Of a stretch of 64,000 bases of DNA, positions 40,131 through 54,545 are shown piece by piece. The position numbers and the translations under genes were made by a program. The notes under the pieces were generated by a model. That model was not told the origin of the DNA. It was given only the letters and a program-made list of their open reading frames with translations, and did not search any database. Position 1 is the stretch's first letter, and every line of letters starts with the position of its first letter. Where the stretch lies: positions 18,784-82,783 of the forward strand of contig NW_021833695.1 of the NCBI RefSeq assembly GCF_006345805.1, written 5' to 3'. Source of the stretch: Octopus sinensis (taxonomy: Eukaryota).

Positions 40131-41109
40131 CACACATATGTATGTATGTGTTATATATGGATATATATATATATATATATATATAATGTGTGTGTGTGGC
40201 TATATATCTGTAGGGTATTGTTGTTGTGTGTTGTGTATGTGTAAGTAAGAACACTCTCACAAATACTGTAATAAAAATATTACCATATTCATATGAAATA
40301 CACTGTCAACGCATTATGTACGTACATTAATGCAATCCATATACATAGGCATTTACATATATGAGTCTGTGTGTATGTGTATTATATAAATATATATATA
40401 TATATACATACATATACATATCTATATATATGTAATATAAATAATGTATATTTATATCTCATCTTATGCACACACACACGCATATATATATGTGTGTGTA
40501 TGCATGCTTGTATGTATGTATGTATGTATGTATGTATGTATGTATGTATGCATGCATGTATGTATGTCTGTATGCATGCATGTATGTATGTATGTATGTA
40601 TGTATGTATGTATGTATGTATGTATGAATGTATGTATGTATGTATGTGTGTGTTTAAGTCCACGTGTTCTTCCATTCAGTCATGCTGAAATATAGTTTGC
40701 TGTTGTATACGCAGATCCATAAATCGATACTATGCTGATCCATTTATATAACCACTCAGCCATACATATGACCACACACACACACCACATATATATATTC
40801 ACATATTGACATACATACACACACATACCTACACTCCCATAAACCCACACATATACACATACCTCGATATATACCAATTGCCACATATATATTCATACAT
40901 GCTTGTATACGTATAGATATGCATATACACACTGATGCACACGCTCACACACACACACATGCACACGCATACACACACGCACAAGTACAAACATGCAATA
41001 CGCGACCTATTTTTACATACATACACAGAAACTCTAACACACACATACACAATCATACACACTCATACACGTATAAACAATAGAAACAGCAAACATACTT
41101 TGACACACA

Positions 41110-41143
<34 letters not shown>

Positions 41144-41237
41144 GTCTTTCCGTTATCTATCTATCCGTCTGTCAGTCTATCTATCTATCGATTGATCGTT
41201 CGATCTATTTATCTTTCTGTCTATCTATCTGTGTGTT

Positions 41238-41282
<45 letters not shown>

Positions 41283-41445
41283 CTGTCTGATTGTCTATCA
41301 ACTTATCTATCTGTCTGCCTGTCTGTCTGTTTGTCTGTCTGCCTGTGCGTTTGTCTATCTATTTATCTATCTTTCTATCTATCTATGTATCTAACTATCT
41401 GTCTCTCCGTCTGTCTGTCTATAAATCTATCTGTTTATCTATCTG

Positions 41446-41494
<49 letters not shown>

Positions 41495-41563
41495 TTTTTA
41501 TCTATCTAATTATCTATCTATCTGTCTTGCTCTCTGTCTCTATCTATCTATCTATCTATCTAC

Positions 41564-41597
<34 letters not shown>

Positions 41598-41748
41598 GTC
41601 TATCTATCTATCTATCTATCTGTCTGTCTGTCTGTCTGTCTGTCTATATCTGTCTGTCTGTCTGTCTCTCCGTCTGTGTGTCTGTCTGTCTATAAATCTA
41701 TCTGTCTATCTATCTATCTATTTTTTTATCTATCTATCTGTCTTGCTA

Positions 41749-41799
<51 letters not shown>

Positions 41800-41820
41800 G
41801 TATCTATCTATCTATCTATG

Positions 41821-41891
<71 letters not shown>

Positions 41892-42400
41892 GAAACTCAT
41901 ATACTCATATAAGCTCTCACAAACACACACAAACGCCGCATTCAGAAATATATTTACATACACATACATCCAGTTACACCTTTCTTTCTCTCTCTTTCTC
42001 CCTCTCTTCCTTTCTTTCTCTCTTTCATTCCTTCTTCCCTTTTTTCTTTCTTTCTTTCCTTCTATCTTTGTGTCTCTGTCTTTGTGTCTCACTCTCTCTT
42101 TTTCTCTCTCTCTCTTACTCTTGCACATAGACATCCCACAGCACACATATACACATAAACACACACATACAAACATGCCAATATTTCAAATACATAAGCG
42201 AATACACTCTCACAAACGCATACACCCCGTTACTCAATCTTTCTTCCTCTTCCTTTCTCCCTCTATGTCTCTCCCTCTCTCTCTCCCCCTCTCTCTCTCC
42301 CCCTCTCTCTCTCCCCCTCTCTCTCTCTCTCTCTCTCTTTCTCACATTCCCCCTCTTCCTCTCACACACACACACACACACGCGTGCGCGCTTCTAAACA
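40040..42400. repeat. Microsatellite-dense block: (TA)n, (TATG)n, (CA)n, (TCTA)n, (CT)n
   Basis: Seen directly; explains ORFs up to 309 aa. Confidence 0.92.
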
Positions 42401-43199
42401 TAGACACCTCACAAATACTCAAAACGGCACACGCACGTCCAGACACAAACACATAAGCGAATACACGTTCACAAACATACACAGCCCGTTGACCCCTCTC
42501 CTTTCTCTCTCTCTCTCTCTCTCTCTTACACACAAGGCACCTCACAAACATACAGCATTCATATTTACATTGATAAAGCTACTGATGCATGGTGCAACAC
42601 CAATCCTTTGATATTTCGACATAAGCACACCGAAAGTAATATAATCAATTTAAATACGAGTGTCTCTGCGGAACTCCGACGGCCATATTGCTATCACAAC
42701 TACAAGTCCGACGCAGCTACTAAGAAAGGCTCAGTTTTTGCGTTTAGACGCTTAACGTAAATCCTTTAATAGCTGTTGTCGTTGTTGTTGTTGCTGCTGA
42801 AGGTCTTGTTGTTGTCATCGTTGTTGCTGTCGTGGTCGTCGTTATTGGTGTTGTTATTGTTGTTGTTGTCGTTGTTTCTATTGCTGTTGGTTGTTAGGTG
42901 CTGTTTGTGGTCTTTTGTTTATAATAATAATAATAATAAAAAAAAAAGCAATCGTTCATTTTTTTTCACCTCTTCCTCCTCCTCCTGTTTTGACGTTACT
43001 CCTCTTTATTACTTCATTTACTTCTTCTTCTTCTCCATCTCCTCTTCCTCTCCCTTCTTCTCTCCTTCTTTCTTTCTTCCTTCCTTCCTTCCTTCCTTCC
43101 TTCCTTTCTTCCTTCCTGTTTTATCATTCCCATTAAGTTTATATGAGTTTTATAGGTGGGTGACCGAGTCTGCTTTTCTGTCGATCGATCACTGAGGTC

Positions 43200-43230
43200 G
43201 TGACACCATGTGACACCACGTGATTGGCTC
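43200..43230. promoter_or_regulatory. Possible E-box plus CCAAT composite
   Basis: Seen: CACGTG (43217-43222) abutting ATTGG (43223-43227) in unique sequence. Function is inference. Confidence 0.2.
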
Positions 43231-45149
43231 TGCAGTGGAGTGAATAGTGTCTGTCCGCCGTTTAACATAACACCGTTAAATAGTTAAACCTACACATACA
43301 CACATACTCAATGAGACGAACACTGTAAGAGTACATATACCACTATAGCGACCATAGTACATACTTCCATACAAACATAAATATATATATACATAGACCG
43401 TTAATCTACACATACCGTTATACCGTTGTTCCGCTATTCGTTAGACGAACAGCAATCCGCTATCCAATCTAGGAAAGGGCTTCTGAAACAACAAAGGTGC
43501 AATATGCGTGCTAGTGTATGCATGTGTGTTTAAGATTGTGTGTTTATGTGTGTATGTGTGTTTATGTGTGAATGTGTGAATGTGTGTGCGTGTCTGTGAG
43601 TGTTTGAATCGTGTACTGTTATGTATGTTTGGTCATGTGTATCTCCTGTGTGTGTGTTTCCACGCATGTATGTGTGTGTGTGTGTATTACGAGTATTTTG
43701 TATCTGTGTATGTGTGTGTGTGTGCGTATGTGTGTCAGAATGTGTATGCAGTGTGTAGTTTGACCAGTAAATGTTTGTGTGTGTATGCGAGTGTTTGTAT
43801 GTTTGTATATGTATGTCTCAGAGTCCATTTTGTGTACATATATGTATAAGCGCTCTTGTGTGTTTCCTATTTGTGAGTGTATATGCATGTAGGTATGCAT
43901 CTATGAATATTTGCGTGTGCATATTTGTGTGTGTATGTGTGTGTATGTATGTGTGTGAGCATGCGTACCTGTGAGTTCGTTTTGTATACTTTTATGCGTG
44001 TGTAGTCAAGTGTGTCTCCTGTTCAAGAGAGTGTCTCTCTCTGTGTGTATATGTGTGTTAGTGTGTTTGTGCGTGTGTATGTGTGTGTATGTGTGTGTGC
44101 GTATGTAATATGTGTAATGTACTGTAAGCCTGGGAGTGTAAAGCTCCGCCCAATAATGTCTGTCTGTTTGGGGTGGGGGAAGAAAGGTAATGGCGTGAGG
44201 CGTGAGGCTTGGTGGGGGTTTATCAGGTTCCCTTCTGCTATTTGTGTTGTGTTTTCAGCCTACACGCTTGACTAAGTGATTTGTAGTTGTTGGACTGTCA
44301 ACCGTGTGGTCGTGCGTTCAAGCCTCACCTCAATCATGCTTCTCCTTCGTCTCTCTAATCCGGTTCCAAATCAAACATCCACGAAAGTTGTGTTTATATT
44401 TGGTTTACTGTATGTTCAACGGAAGAGAAAAAACATTCCACCTGGAAGGGATACTAGTCGACCATAAGTACTATCGGCAGTTAGAACTAAACCCAGTATT
44501 GCTAGATAACAAATAACAAATATTACAATTCAATGCCGTATTACCACAGCTACGTACAGTCTTCTAAACGCCACCAATTGGCAGAGTTATTAAAGCGTCG
44601 TAAGTATTGCTTTGCGGTAATCGTTCTTGATTTCTGCCCTCTATATTCAAATAATATCGAGGTCGATCTTGCCTTCATCCTTTCAGGGTCGATAGATAAA
44701 TTTCCAATCCTGGTCTAACATCAATTCTTCGCTTCCTCTGTCTCTTTTTTGGTGATTATCTCTTCCTGCTCTTCTGTAAAAAAAAAAAGTCGACTTTGAT
44801 TAGATCTGGAGAGAGAAGAGATCACCCAAGTTTAAAATGCCCATACCAGGCCCCGTATAATACAACGGCGCCTCTACAATTGCACTAAGAAGGCCCATGG
44901 TTTGGCACAACGTATCTTCCTTCGTGCTTTCAGTTACTTTAATGGAGTTATGTTGCTTTGAAAGAATTTAATCAATCACATCCGTCAGGCAATTCGTTTA
45001 CGATGAAAAGTAGTAAATTGTATTTCGACATTGCCTGCAATCCTTCGAGAGCGATAAAGTACGTATTAGTTGAACACTGCGATCGATATAATCGAACATG
45101 TCCCTTTCCCAGAATATGAGAAAAAAACTTGTTATTGCTCTCTCTCTCT

Positions 45150-45204
<55 letters not shown>

Positions 45205-45464
45205 ATATTTCCACTTTTATTTACATTAGATAGAACTGAACACTCTTTGTGTGTTTTATCTTCTTAAACCTTCCAACTGACAAGAGAACCGAAATGTCCT
45301 CAAACCGGCAGGTGATCCTTGGATTGGTTTGTTAATGGATGATCGGCATCGAGAATAATGGATTGAACACAAAACACACTATTTCATACAATCCAGTTTC
45401 ATTTACAACTTTCGACGTTTTGGTGAATGTGAGTCCTATTACAAAGGTAATATAGGTTTCAAAT

Positions 45465-45665
45465 TTTGGCACAAGGCTAGCAATTTCTGGGGAGTAGATA
45501 AATCGATTACAACGACTCCAATGCTCGACTGATACTTATTTTATTGACCGTAAAAGAATTGAAAGCAAAATCAACCTCGGCAGAATTTGACCTCGGAACG
45601 AAAAGTCGGGGAAAAGGCCTAAGCATTTTTCCAGCACTGTAACAGTTGTGCCAGTTCACCGTTTT
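45465..45665 (-). mobile_element. SINE family A, degenerate
   Basis: Seen: ttttggcacaaggctagcaatttc...gatacttattttattgacc...aatttgacctc. Confidence 0.75.
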
Positions 45666-46159
45666 AGTATTGGTAAATATAGACAATTCTTGCATCGACT
45701 AGAAATTTCACTGTACAATAAGTATTAAACATGTAAATGATTACAAAAACAAACATAAACTAGAGGGAGACAACCTCAAGCAGTCGAAGTATATCGTAGT
45801 AAACTTGGATATGAAACAGAAAGAGAAAGCTTTTCTTTTTATCTGCTACAGAAAATATGAGTTTCTAAACTAGACTAACATGCTTTTGATATATTATACG
45901 GCTAAACAAGTATTTTAACACTACTTTTATGCTCTCAAAACGTTACAGTAGGTAAGATCATAGAAGAGTTTGGTCAATTCAACCATTATGATGTGTGAAG
46001 AAGTTAAATTTTCAAGCTTTTGTCACGAAAAGTGAGAAAGAGTGAAGATGCTGTTATTGCTGGGTTGTGAACAAGTAAATGTTACAGGTACTGCACACTG
46101 TATGTTGAAACCAAAGGAAATATATAAAATTTATAATCCTCCTCGACTGAAAAGTGTCT

Positions 46160-46727
46160 TTTCTTTTATTCTTTCATTTGTTTCAGTCATTTGACTACGG
46201 CTATGCTGGAGCACCGCCTTTAGTCAAGCAAATCGACCCCCAGGACGAACCGCTAAGTGACGGGAACGCAAGCACACCAGCATCGGTTGTCAATCGATGT
46301 TTGGGGGACAAACACTGACACACATATACACACACATATATATATATATATATACATATATACGACGGGCTTCTTTTAGTTTCCAAATCCACTCACAAGG
46401 CTTTGGTCGGCCTGAGGCAACAGACACTTGCCCAAGGTACCACGCAGTAGGACTGAACCCAGAACCATGTGGTTGGTAAGCAAGCTACTTACAACACAGC
46501 CACTCCTGCACCTTGTTCATATTTTTGATAAATAATATATTAATTCTTTTTTGTACCCATATATATATACGACGGGCTTCTCTCAGTTTCCGTCTACCGA
46601 ATCCACTCACAAGGCTTTGGTCGGCCCGAGGCTATAGTAGAAAACACTTGCTCAAGGTGCCACGCAGTGGGACTGAACCTGGAACCATTCGCTTGGTAAG
46701 CAAGCTACTCACCACACAGTCACGCCT
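46160..46727 (-). mobile_element. SINE family B (46160-46512, deleted) plus adjacent 5' half (46566-46727)
   Basis: Seen: two heads ending acagccactcctgcacct and acagtcacgcct. Confidence 0.88.
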
Positions 46728-47011
46728 GTTCCCTTCAAACTGCACCCGCATTCCACATATGAGCTATATCAGCCGGTATATAAGAAGGACCTGATACTGG
46801 AGGCAAATGTCTGGTGGAACCCAGGAGTCAACGCAGAGTTTGAGATTCTCAGCAAGTATTAGATCAGCAATACGTGCATTCATATGTATGCTTGAGCAAT
46901 GCGAAAGTCCTTGTGCAGTTATCGACTAGGTAGAAATAACGGCGAAATTATCCTCAAATAACGGAATACTGTCTTCGAAAGAAAAAAATGACGAATTGGA
47001 CAGTGTAGTTT

Positions 47012-47408
47012 CATATTTCTTTACTACCTACAGAGGGGACAAACAAGGACAGACAAACGGATTAAGTCGATTATATCGACCCCAATGCGTAACTGGTACT
47101 TATTTAAACGAACCCCGAAAGGATGAAAGGCAAAGTCGACATCGGCAAAATTTGAACTCAGAATGTAAAGACAGACGCAATGCCTGTTTCTTTACTACCC
47201 ACAAGGGGCTAAACACAGAGGAGACAAACAAGGACAGACAGACGGATTAAGTCAATTATATCGACCCCAGTGCGTAACTGGTACTTATTTAATCGACCCC
47301 GAAAGGATAAAAGCAAAGTCGACCTCGGCGGAATTTGAACTCAGAACGTAACGGCAGACGATATACGGCTACGCATTTCGCCCGACGTGCTAACGATTCT
47401 GCCAGCTC
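47012..47408 (-). mobile_element. SINE family A dimer
   Basis: Seen: full unit 47183-47408 followed on the minus strand by an A-box-less unit 47012-47182. Confidence 0.9.
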
Positions 47409-48046
47409 AATGCCTTATAGTGTAGTTTCAGACACACAAATCGACGGGATGTTCACGGCTGGAACGTTGCTGATCATAGACCTGCTTAATCGGAAAGGAT
47501 TCAGGTTTATACAACATTACGAATGATAACAATATAAGGTGGTCAATATTTGTAAATGTATACGCGTCTAGCCGCCCACTCTATGAATTTTCCATTGTAG
47601 CTAACTCTGCGTCCACCACATATACACCTTGTATTTACATCTAGCGATGAACGAGGATCCTCCGGCTACAATCAGAAAATACGAAAGAATATTGCATCAA
47701 TAAATAGCCATCGGTAAATGACAAATACATTATATTACAAAACACCAGTAAATTACTCGTGCATACCATGATGTCGACAGCCGTAGGGGAGCTCGGGACT
47801 TCACCGAAATTCGTAATATTATTAAATTATTAAATGTTGATGAATAGAAGATGGAAGGTGGAGAAAATGTTTGACCACCTGCAGCGGGTGACCTTAATGA
47901 CATTAGACTCACGTTATTATTATCGTTGTTATTGTTGTTACCGTTATGTTTCTGTTTTTGTTGTTGTTGTCATTGTTTTGTCCAGTTCATCCTGGATTGT
48001 ACATTCCTCCTACGATCAAAGAGGCTGCAGTTATGATTACCTCATA

Positions 48047-48086
<40 letters not shown>

Positions 48087-48293
48087 TATTATTATTATTA
48101 TCATTCTCCTTCTTCTTCTTCTTCTTTTCTTCTTCTTCTTCTTCTTCTCTTCTTCTTCTTCTCTTCTTCTTCTCTTCTTATTATTCTTATTATTATTCTT
48201 ATTATTCTTATTATTATTATTATATATTATTATTATCATTATTGTCGTCGTCGTCATTATCGTTATTATTATTGTTTTGTTGTTGTTGTTGTT

Positions 48294-49350
48294 AAGCGAG
48301 CTGGAAGAATCCTTCGCAATCCGGGAAAATATTTAGTCGCACTTCGTCCGTCCTTGCGTTCTGAGTTCAAATTCCGCCGAGGTCGACTTTCATCCTTTTG
48401 GGGTCGATACATTAAGTACCAGTGAAACACTTGGGTTGGTATAATCGACTAGTACCCACCTGCCAAATTTCAGACTTTGTGCCTTAAGTTGAACGGGTTA
48501 TTATTATTGTTGTTATTGTTATTATTAGTATTAGTATTAGTATTAGCATTAGTATTATTAGAGGAGATAAGCTGCAAGAATTTTTAGAACGCCGAGTAAA
48601 ATGCTTAACGGGATTTCTTCTGTCCGTATGTTCTGAGTTCAAATTCCATAGAGATCGACTTTGCCTTTCATTTCTTCGAGATCGATTAAATATGTACCTG
48701 TTGAGTACTGGGATCGATATCATCGATTTAATCCCTGCCCCGAACTTGCTGGCCTTGTGCCAAAATTTGAAACCATTAAGGCGTCGAGCTGGCAGAATCG
48801 TTAGCACCCCGGGGGAAATGCTTAGCGTTATTTCGTCTGCTGCTACGTTCTGAGTTCAAATTCCGCTGAGGTCGACTTTGCCTTTCATCCTTTCGGAGTC
48901 GATAAAATTAAGTACCAGTTTCGCACTGGGGTCGATATAATCGAATTAATCCGTTTGTCTGTCCTTGTTTGTCCTCTCTGTGTGTAGCCCCTTGTGGGTA
49001 GTAAAGAAATAGGTATTTCGTCTGCTGCTACATTCTGAGTTCAAATTCCGCCGAGGTCGACTTTGCCTTTCATCCTTTCGGGGTCGATTAAATAAGTACC
49101 AGTTACGCACTGGGGTCGATGTAATCGACTTAATCCGTTTGTCTGTCCTTCTTTGTCCCCTCTGTGTTTAGCCCCTTGTGGGTAGTAAAGAAATAGGTAT
49201 TTTGCACCTCCTTACGTTCTGAGTTCGAACTCTGCCGCGGTCGACTTTGCCTCTTATCCTTTCGGGGTCGATGAAATAAGTACCATTTTGAACACTAAGA
49301 TCGACGTGGTCGACTTATCCCATTCCGCAGAATTTCTGGCTTTGTATTAA
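48294..49350 (+). mobile_element. Head-to-tail cluster of five SINE family A units
   Basis: Seen: units at about 48294, 48561, 48778, 49013 and 49197. Confidence 0.92.
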
Positions 49351-50429
49351 TATTTGAAATCATCATTTTTATTGGTGGTGGTGGTGGTGGTGATGGTGGT
49401 GGCGTTGGTGGTGGTCTTCGTCGTCGTCGTCGTCGTGATAGTTGTATTGGCTGTGATGAGGGTGTTGTTTGTCAAGCAAACCTGCACACAATCCTCTACA
49501 CAGGCTCTCATTCCAGCCACCTATCACTAACGCACAACCTATCACCTCCTCGCTGCAATAACGCCACTAAATACACCCATACGCATGTTTACAAATACAT
49601 ACACATGCATCCACCACATAAATACCCCCTCATATACATAATACCAAGCGCACAAATGCACCTACACACCTACTCTCAGATATGCACTGACTTACCCCAC
49701 CTCCTTTCTTGGCTTCTCTAGTGTTACAATCGTTCATATTTAGTTTCTCATGCCTCTATTCTTCCAAAATATTTTATAATCTTTTTCTTATTCAGAAACA
49801 CTCTCACACACACACACATGCGAGCTTTATCAATCTCTTTCTCTCCAATTAGTCATCGACTTCTCTTTATGATGAAGGATTCATGTTCAAAACGCCAAGG
49901 CACTTCGTTTACTTTCAAGCGGGAAACTAACATCTTAGCACTTTACTTTGTCGTGAGGAAATTGTCTTTTTCTTACTACTTTAGAGTCTTAATTAAAAAT
50001 ATGTATGTATATGCATGTTGCGCGTGTGTATATATATATATATATAAAATTACGATGAGAGTAAACAAAAAAACGAAGTTTGCTTTAGAAGCGTCTTAGA
50101 AAGTTAAAGTGCTTTTTTTTTAAATTCTCAAACGCAGGATAATACTATAGTCTGAACAGGAAAATCAACTCCTATGCATTTATATATATATATATTATTT
50201 AAGGGAATATAAATCCAAACTTACAGGGAGAAAAATTCAATTTAGAAATACTAAATCAAATTTCACACAATATAATATATATATAAAAAGATTCTAAAAA
50301 AGAACACTATTTATCAATTCAAAATGAACAATTAAATTACACCATCTAGAAAAGTACATGTAATAAAAATATTAAAATTAAAATAACAATAAAATGTCAA
50401 TGATTAAGTAGACGTCTATAATTGGTAGA

Positions 50430-50480
<51 letters not shown>

Positions 50481-50956
50481 AATACATGCATGTTTATGTA
50501 TGTATGTATGTATGTATGTATGTATGTATGTATGTATGTGTATGTATGTGTGTGTGTATGAATGTATGTATGAATGTATACATGTATACATACAGACATA
50601 TGTTTATGCACATACAAAAATCGACAAAAAGAGACCAGTGGACTTGCCGAGCTGTAAGGAAGTTTCGTTGTTTTAGACGCAAACCTTCTCAAGTAGAAAT
50701 TTACAGGGGAGATATTGATTGAGAGACTGCAGAGTTTTACATTCTCTACGTTAGAAACACTGTCTGTTATAGGTCTTTCTAATTTAGAAGGTGTAAAGCT
50801 TTGCTGCCATTTTTATCAGTTTCCCTCCTCTCAACTTTTCTCTGGAAAAAAAAAAACAGTCCGCATAGCTAGTTTACTGAAAACCGTTTGTCGATTTGTC
50901 TAAACATACCATACACACACACACACTGACACACACACAGACACACACATATATGT

Positions 50957-51371
50957 ACTCTCTTTTACTCTTTTTTACTGTTTTTAGTCATTTGACTGCG
51001 GCAATGCTGGAGCACCGCTTTTAATCGAGCAACTCGACCCCGGACTTATTCTTTGTAAGCCCAGTACTTATTCTATCGGTCTCTTTTGTCGAACCGCTAA
51101 GTGACGGGGGCATAAACACACCAGCATCGGTTGCCAAGCAATGTTAAGGGGACAAACACAGGCATACAAACACACACGCATACACATATATATACATATA
51201 CATATATACGACGGGTTTCTTTCAGTTTCCGTCTACCAAATCCACTCACAAGGCTTTGGCCGGCCTGAGGCTATAGTAGAAGACACTTGCCGAAGGTGCC
51301 ACGCAGTGGGACTGAACCCGGAACCATGTGGTTGGTAAGCAAGCTACTTACCACACAGCCACTCCTGCGTA
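50957..51371 (-). mobile_element. SINE family B, full length
   Basis: Seen: complete reverse-complement copy. Confidence 0.93.
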
Positions 51372-52302
51372 TATAATTGGTATATATAATATATACATGC
51401 ACACACACAACACACACACACATATCCATCGATGTAATATATATTGGTCTATCTATCTGCCTATCTGTCTATCTAACAAAACGCCTGTTTTCGAGTACTT
51501 TGTCTCCATTTCATTATCTTCATTGAACCATCGGCCATTCCGGTCTTTTTACTTCCCACTCTGACTTTTCTGTCTCAATACACCACCACAAACACATAAC
51601 AACACACAACACACAAATACACATACACTCATGAAACACACACACACAACACACACACACATATACACATACATATCTCTACAAACCATGTAGGATACAT
51701 TAAAATAGATACATTTACACCCACACTTTCACAGCCACGTACACGTATTAATGTATGTGGTGAATGATGTGTATGTTTGTATGTGCGAATGTAACTATGT
51801 ATGAATAGGGGTATACAGATGATATTCAAAGCAGATGCATGCCTACACTTAAATATGCATATAAAAATGACGAGCGGCGGTATATATGAATATATAAACT
51901 TATTTATATTTCGCTGTTAACACAGAATCATTCACTCAAATTCTTTCTCTCTCTCCCTCTGTATGTGTGTTTGTGTGTGAGTCTGTTTATGTGTATGTGT
52001 GTGTGAGCTTTGTGCCTATGTATGTTTGCCTGTCAGCCTCTCTGTCTTTCCTCTCTCTCTCTGTTTTATACGTCGTTGAACACACCTCAACGCACACACT
52101 ATATATATATATATATATAATATATATATATATATAAATAATATTTTATGTATATTATTTATATAAGACATAGTGGTTTATCTCTAATAATATAGATATA
52201 TATATATATATATATATATAGATATAGATATATATAGATATATATATATGAAAAGTGGTTAGGAGTCCCTACAAACCAAAATTGTAGTTATTTACCTTTT
52301 TA

Positions 52303-52340
<38 letters not shown>

Positions 52341-52704
52341 ATGGGGGTTTGTTGAATGGTGTTCTAAACGAATAGGTACGCTGGGTAAGTGCTGTAACGA
52401 ATTATCAGGGTTCTAAGCTCCTAGCTGAGACGGGAGCTATGGATCCATTCTAAGGTTTTCCGATTTTGGGCTCTATGGATCCATTTAGGTTTTCCGTTTA
52501 CATAAAACATACAACATAATAACATAATAATACACACACATACATACAATACATTACATACATACATTATACATAATCATATATACATACATATATGTGT
52601 GTGTGAGTGTGTGTGTGCGTGTAATTGCTAATGAGGACGTCAAACGTTAAGGCAAAGCGAACATCCTAAGTCATATACATTATTATTATTGGAAAAAATT
52701 CAAA

Positions 52705-52743
52705 GTCTTACAGCCGTTTCTGGGATATCCCGTCATCAGAGAC
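52705..52743 (-). ncRNA. Minimal type I hammerhead ribozyme candidate (best copy)
   Basis: Seen (minus): GTCT CTGATGA cGGG atat CCCa GAAA CGGCTG TA AGAC. Intact core, 4-bp stem I, GUA triplet; predicted cut between 52709 and 52708. Confidence 0.72.
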
Positions 52744-52871
52744 AAATAGGGAAAATGAAATAACGACAAGGAGGAAGGTGTAAATGAATAAGGAGATGAA
52801 GAGACAGAAGAAAAAAGAAACATAAAGTTCACAGTTCATCTTTTCATTATTGGTGTGCTTGTAGTATATAT

Positions 52872-53107
52872 ATGTATGTGTTTGTGTGTGTCTTTGTGTC
52901 CATGTTTTTCATCCACCACCACTTCACAATTGGGGTGGCATGATTACGTCCTTGTAACTTAACAGTTTGGCAAAATAACCGACAAAATACGTGCCTGGCT
53001 TAAGGAAAGAACATACAAGTACTGATATCGATTCGTTCGACAAAAATTCTTCAAAGCAATACCACACGATGACCATCGTCGAATGACTGAAACAAGTAAA
53101 AAATAAG
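52872..53107 (+). mobile_element. SINE family B 3' half, old
   Basis: Seen: ends gaatgactgaaacaagtaaaaaataag, tail-to-tail with the next copy. Confidence 0.75.
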
Positions 53108-53121
53108 GATTGTATTTATTT

Positions 53122-53730
53122 GTTACTCTTTTACTTGTTTCAGTCATTTGACTGTGGCTATGCTCTAGCACCGCCTTTTAGTCGAGCAAATCGACCCCAG
53201 GACTTATTATTTGTAAGCCTAGTACTTATTCTATCGGTCTCTTTTACCAAACCGCTAAGTGACGGGGACATAAACACACCAGCATCGGTTGTCAAGCGAT
53301 GTTAGGGGGACAAACATGGACACACAAACATATATATATATATATATACGTATACAGATAAAGAGTGAAATGTAATTAATTTGATAAAATCAACAAATTT
53401 CACCAAGTAGTATTTCGGTATGGAAAAGGACCATATTCGGTAAAAGTTTATATAATTATAACAAAGAGGGTCTTTGCAACAAGTTGCTAGACCACATACC
53501 GAAAGTATTAGAAATAGCAGCCAGAGGACTGTTATTTCTTTTACTACAAATATATACACATATATACGACGGGCTTCTTTCAGTTTCCGTCTACCAAAGC
53601 TACTCACAGGGCTTAGGTAGGCCTGAGGCTATAGTAGAAGACACTTGTTCAAGGTGCCACGCAGTGGGACTGAACCCGGAATCATGTGGTTGGTATGCAA
53701 GCGACTTACCACACAACCACTCCTACGCCT
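53122..53730 (-). mobile_element. SINE family B interrupted in its (TA)n tract by an insert of about 190 bp (53352-53545)
   Basis: Seen: 3' half 53122-53340, 5' half 53555-53730. The insert contains accacataccgaaagtattagaaatagcag, related to the 5.2-kb hairpin arm. Confidence 0.88.
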
Positions 53731-54319
53731 ACTTGCAACACAGCCACTTAATGAGTAGGTTCCCCACTTTTAGCATCTCACCACTATTTTGTGTCTAATA
53801 ATTTCTTCCCATGATATTTTTGTCTCTGTATTCCTTTGAAACAGTAACAACACCGACAGTATTGGCATCAACAACAATAATAAAATCATTGGTACTAAAA
53901 TAAATTTCTACTTCTAAACACTAAAGTAGATAGAAAACATCCGTGAGGCCATAGATGTATAAACATAAATACATACTTAGAGAGCAATAGGCGAATATAA
54001 GTGAGGTGAGTGTTAACGCACATACCTCTGTAGAAGTACATGTGTGTTTGTGTGTTTGGTGGGTGTATATCTGTGTGTGTATGTATACATGTAGGTATAT
54101 GTAAGTCAACATGGATGTATATATTCATAAAGTTACGTAAGAAAAATATCCTAACGTATGTAAAAGATAAAAGACCTATGTAAAAGAAATGCATGGGACT
54201 GTAAAATACTCGTATATGTGCCTCTGTGTGTGTGTATGAGCGAGTGTATGTAAATATATGAATATATATGAATATGTATGCATGTGATTTACATGTATTC
54301 ATATGCGTGAGCATGTATC

Positions 54320-54420
54320 ATACATATGTACATATACCATGCCCATGTTTATATATCTAAAGATATGAATGTATCTATTCATGCATGTACACATGCATAT
54401 ATATATATATACACATATAC

Positions 54421-54453
<33 letters not shown>

Positions 54454-54506
54454 TATATATAAATACATATATATATATGTTTGTGTGTATGTATATATGT
54501 ATATGT

Positions 54507-54545
<39 letters not shown>

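Noticed and set aside
41331-42456. 193- and 309-aa ORFs
   Set aside because: Translations of (TCTA)n and (CT)n microsatellites.
46730-46864. Protein-looking frame YELYQPVYKKDLILEANVWWNPGVNAEFEILSKY
   Set aside because: Begins at a SINE boundary, with no start or splice signals and no recognised motif.
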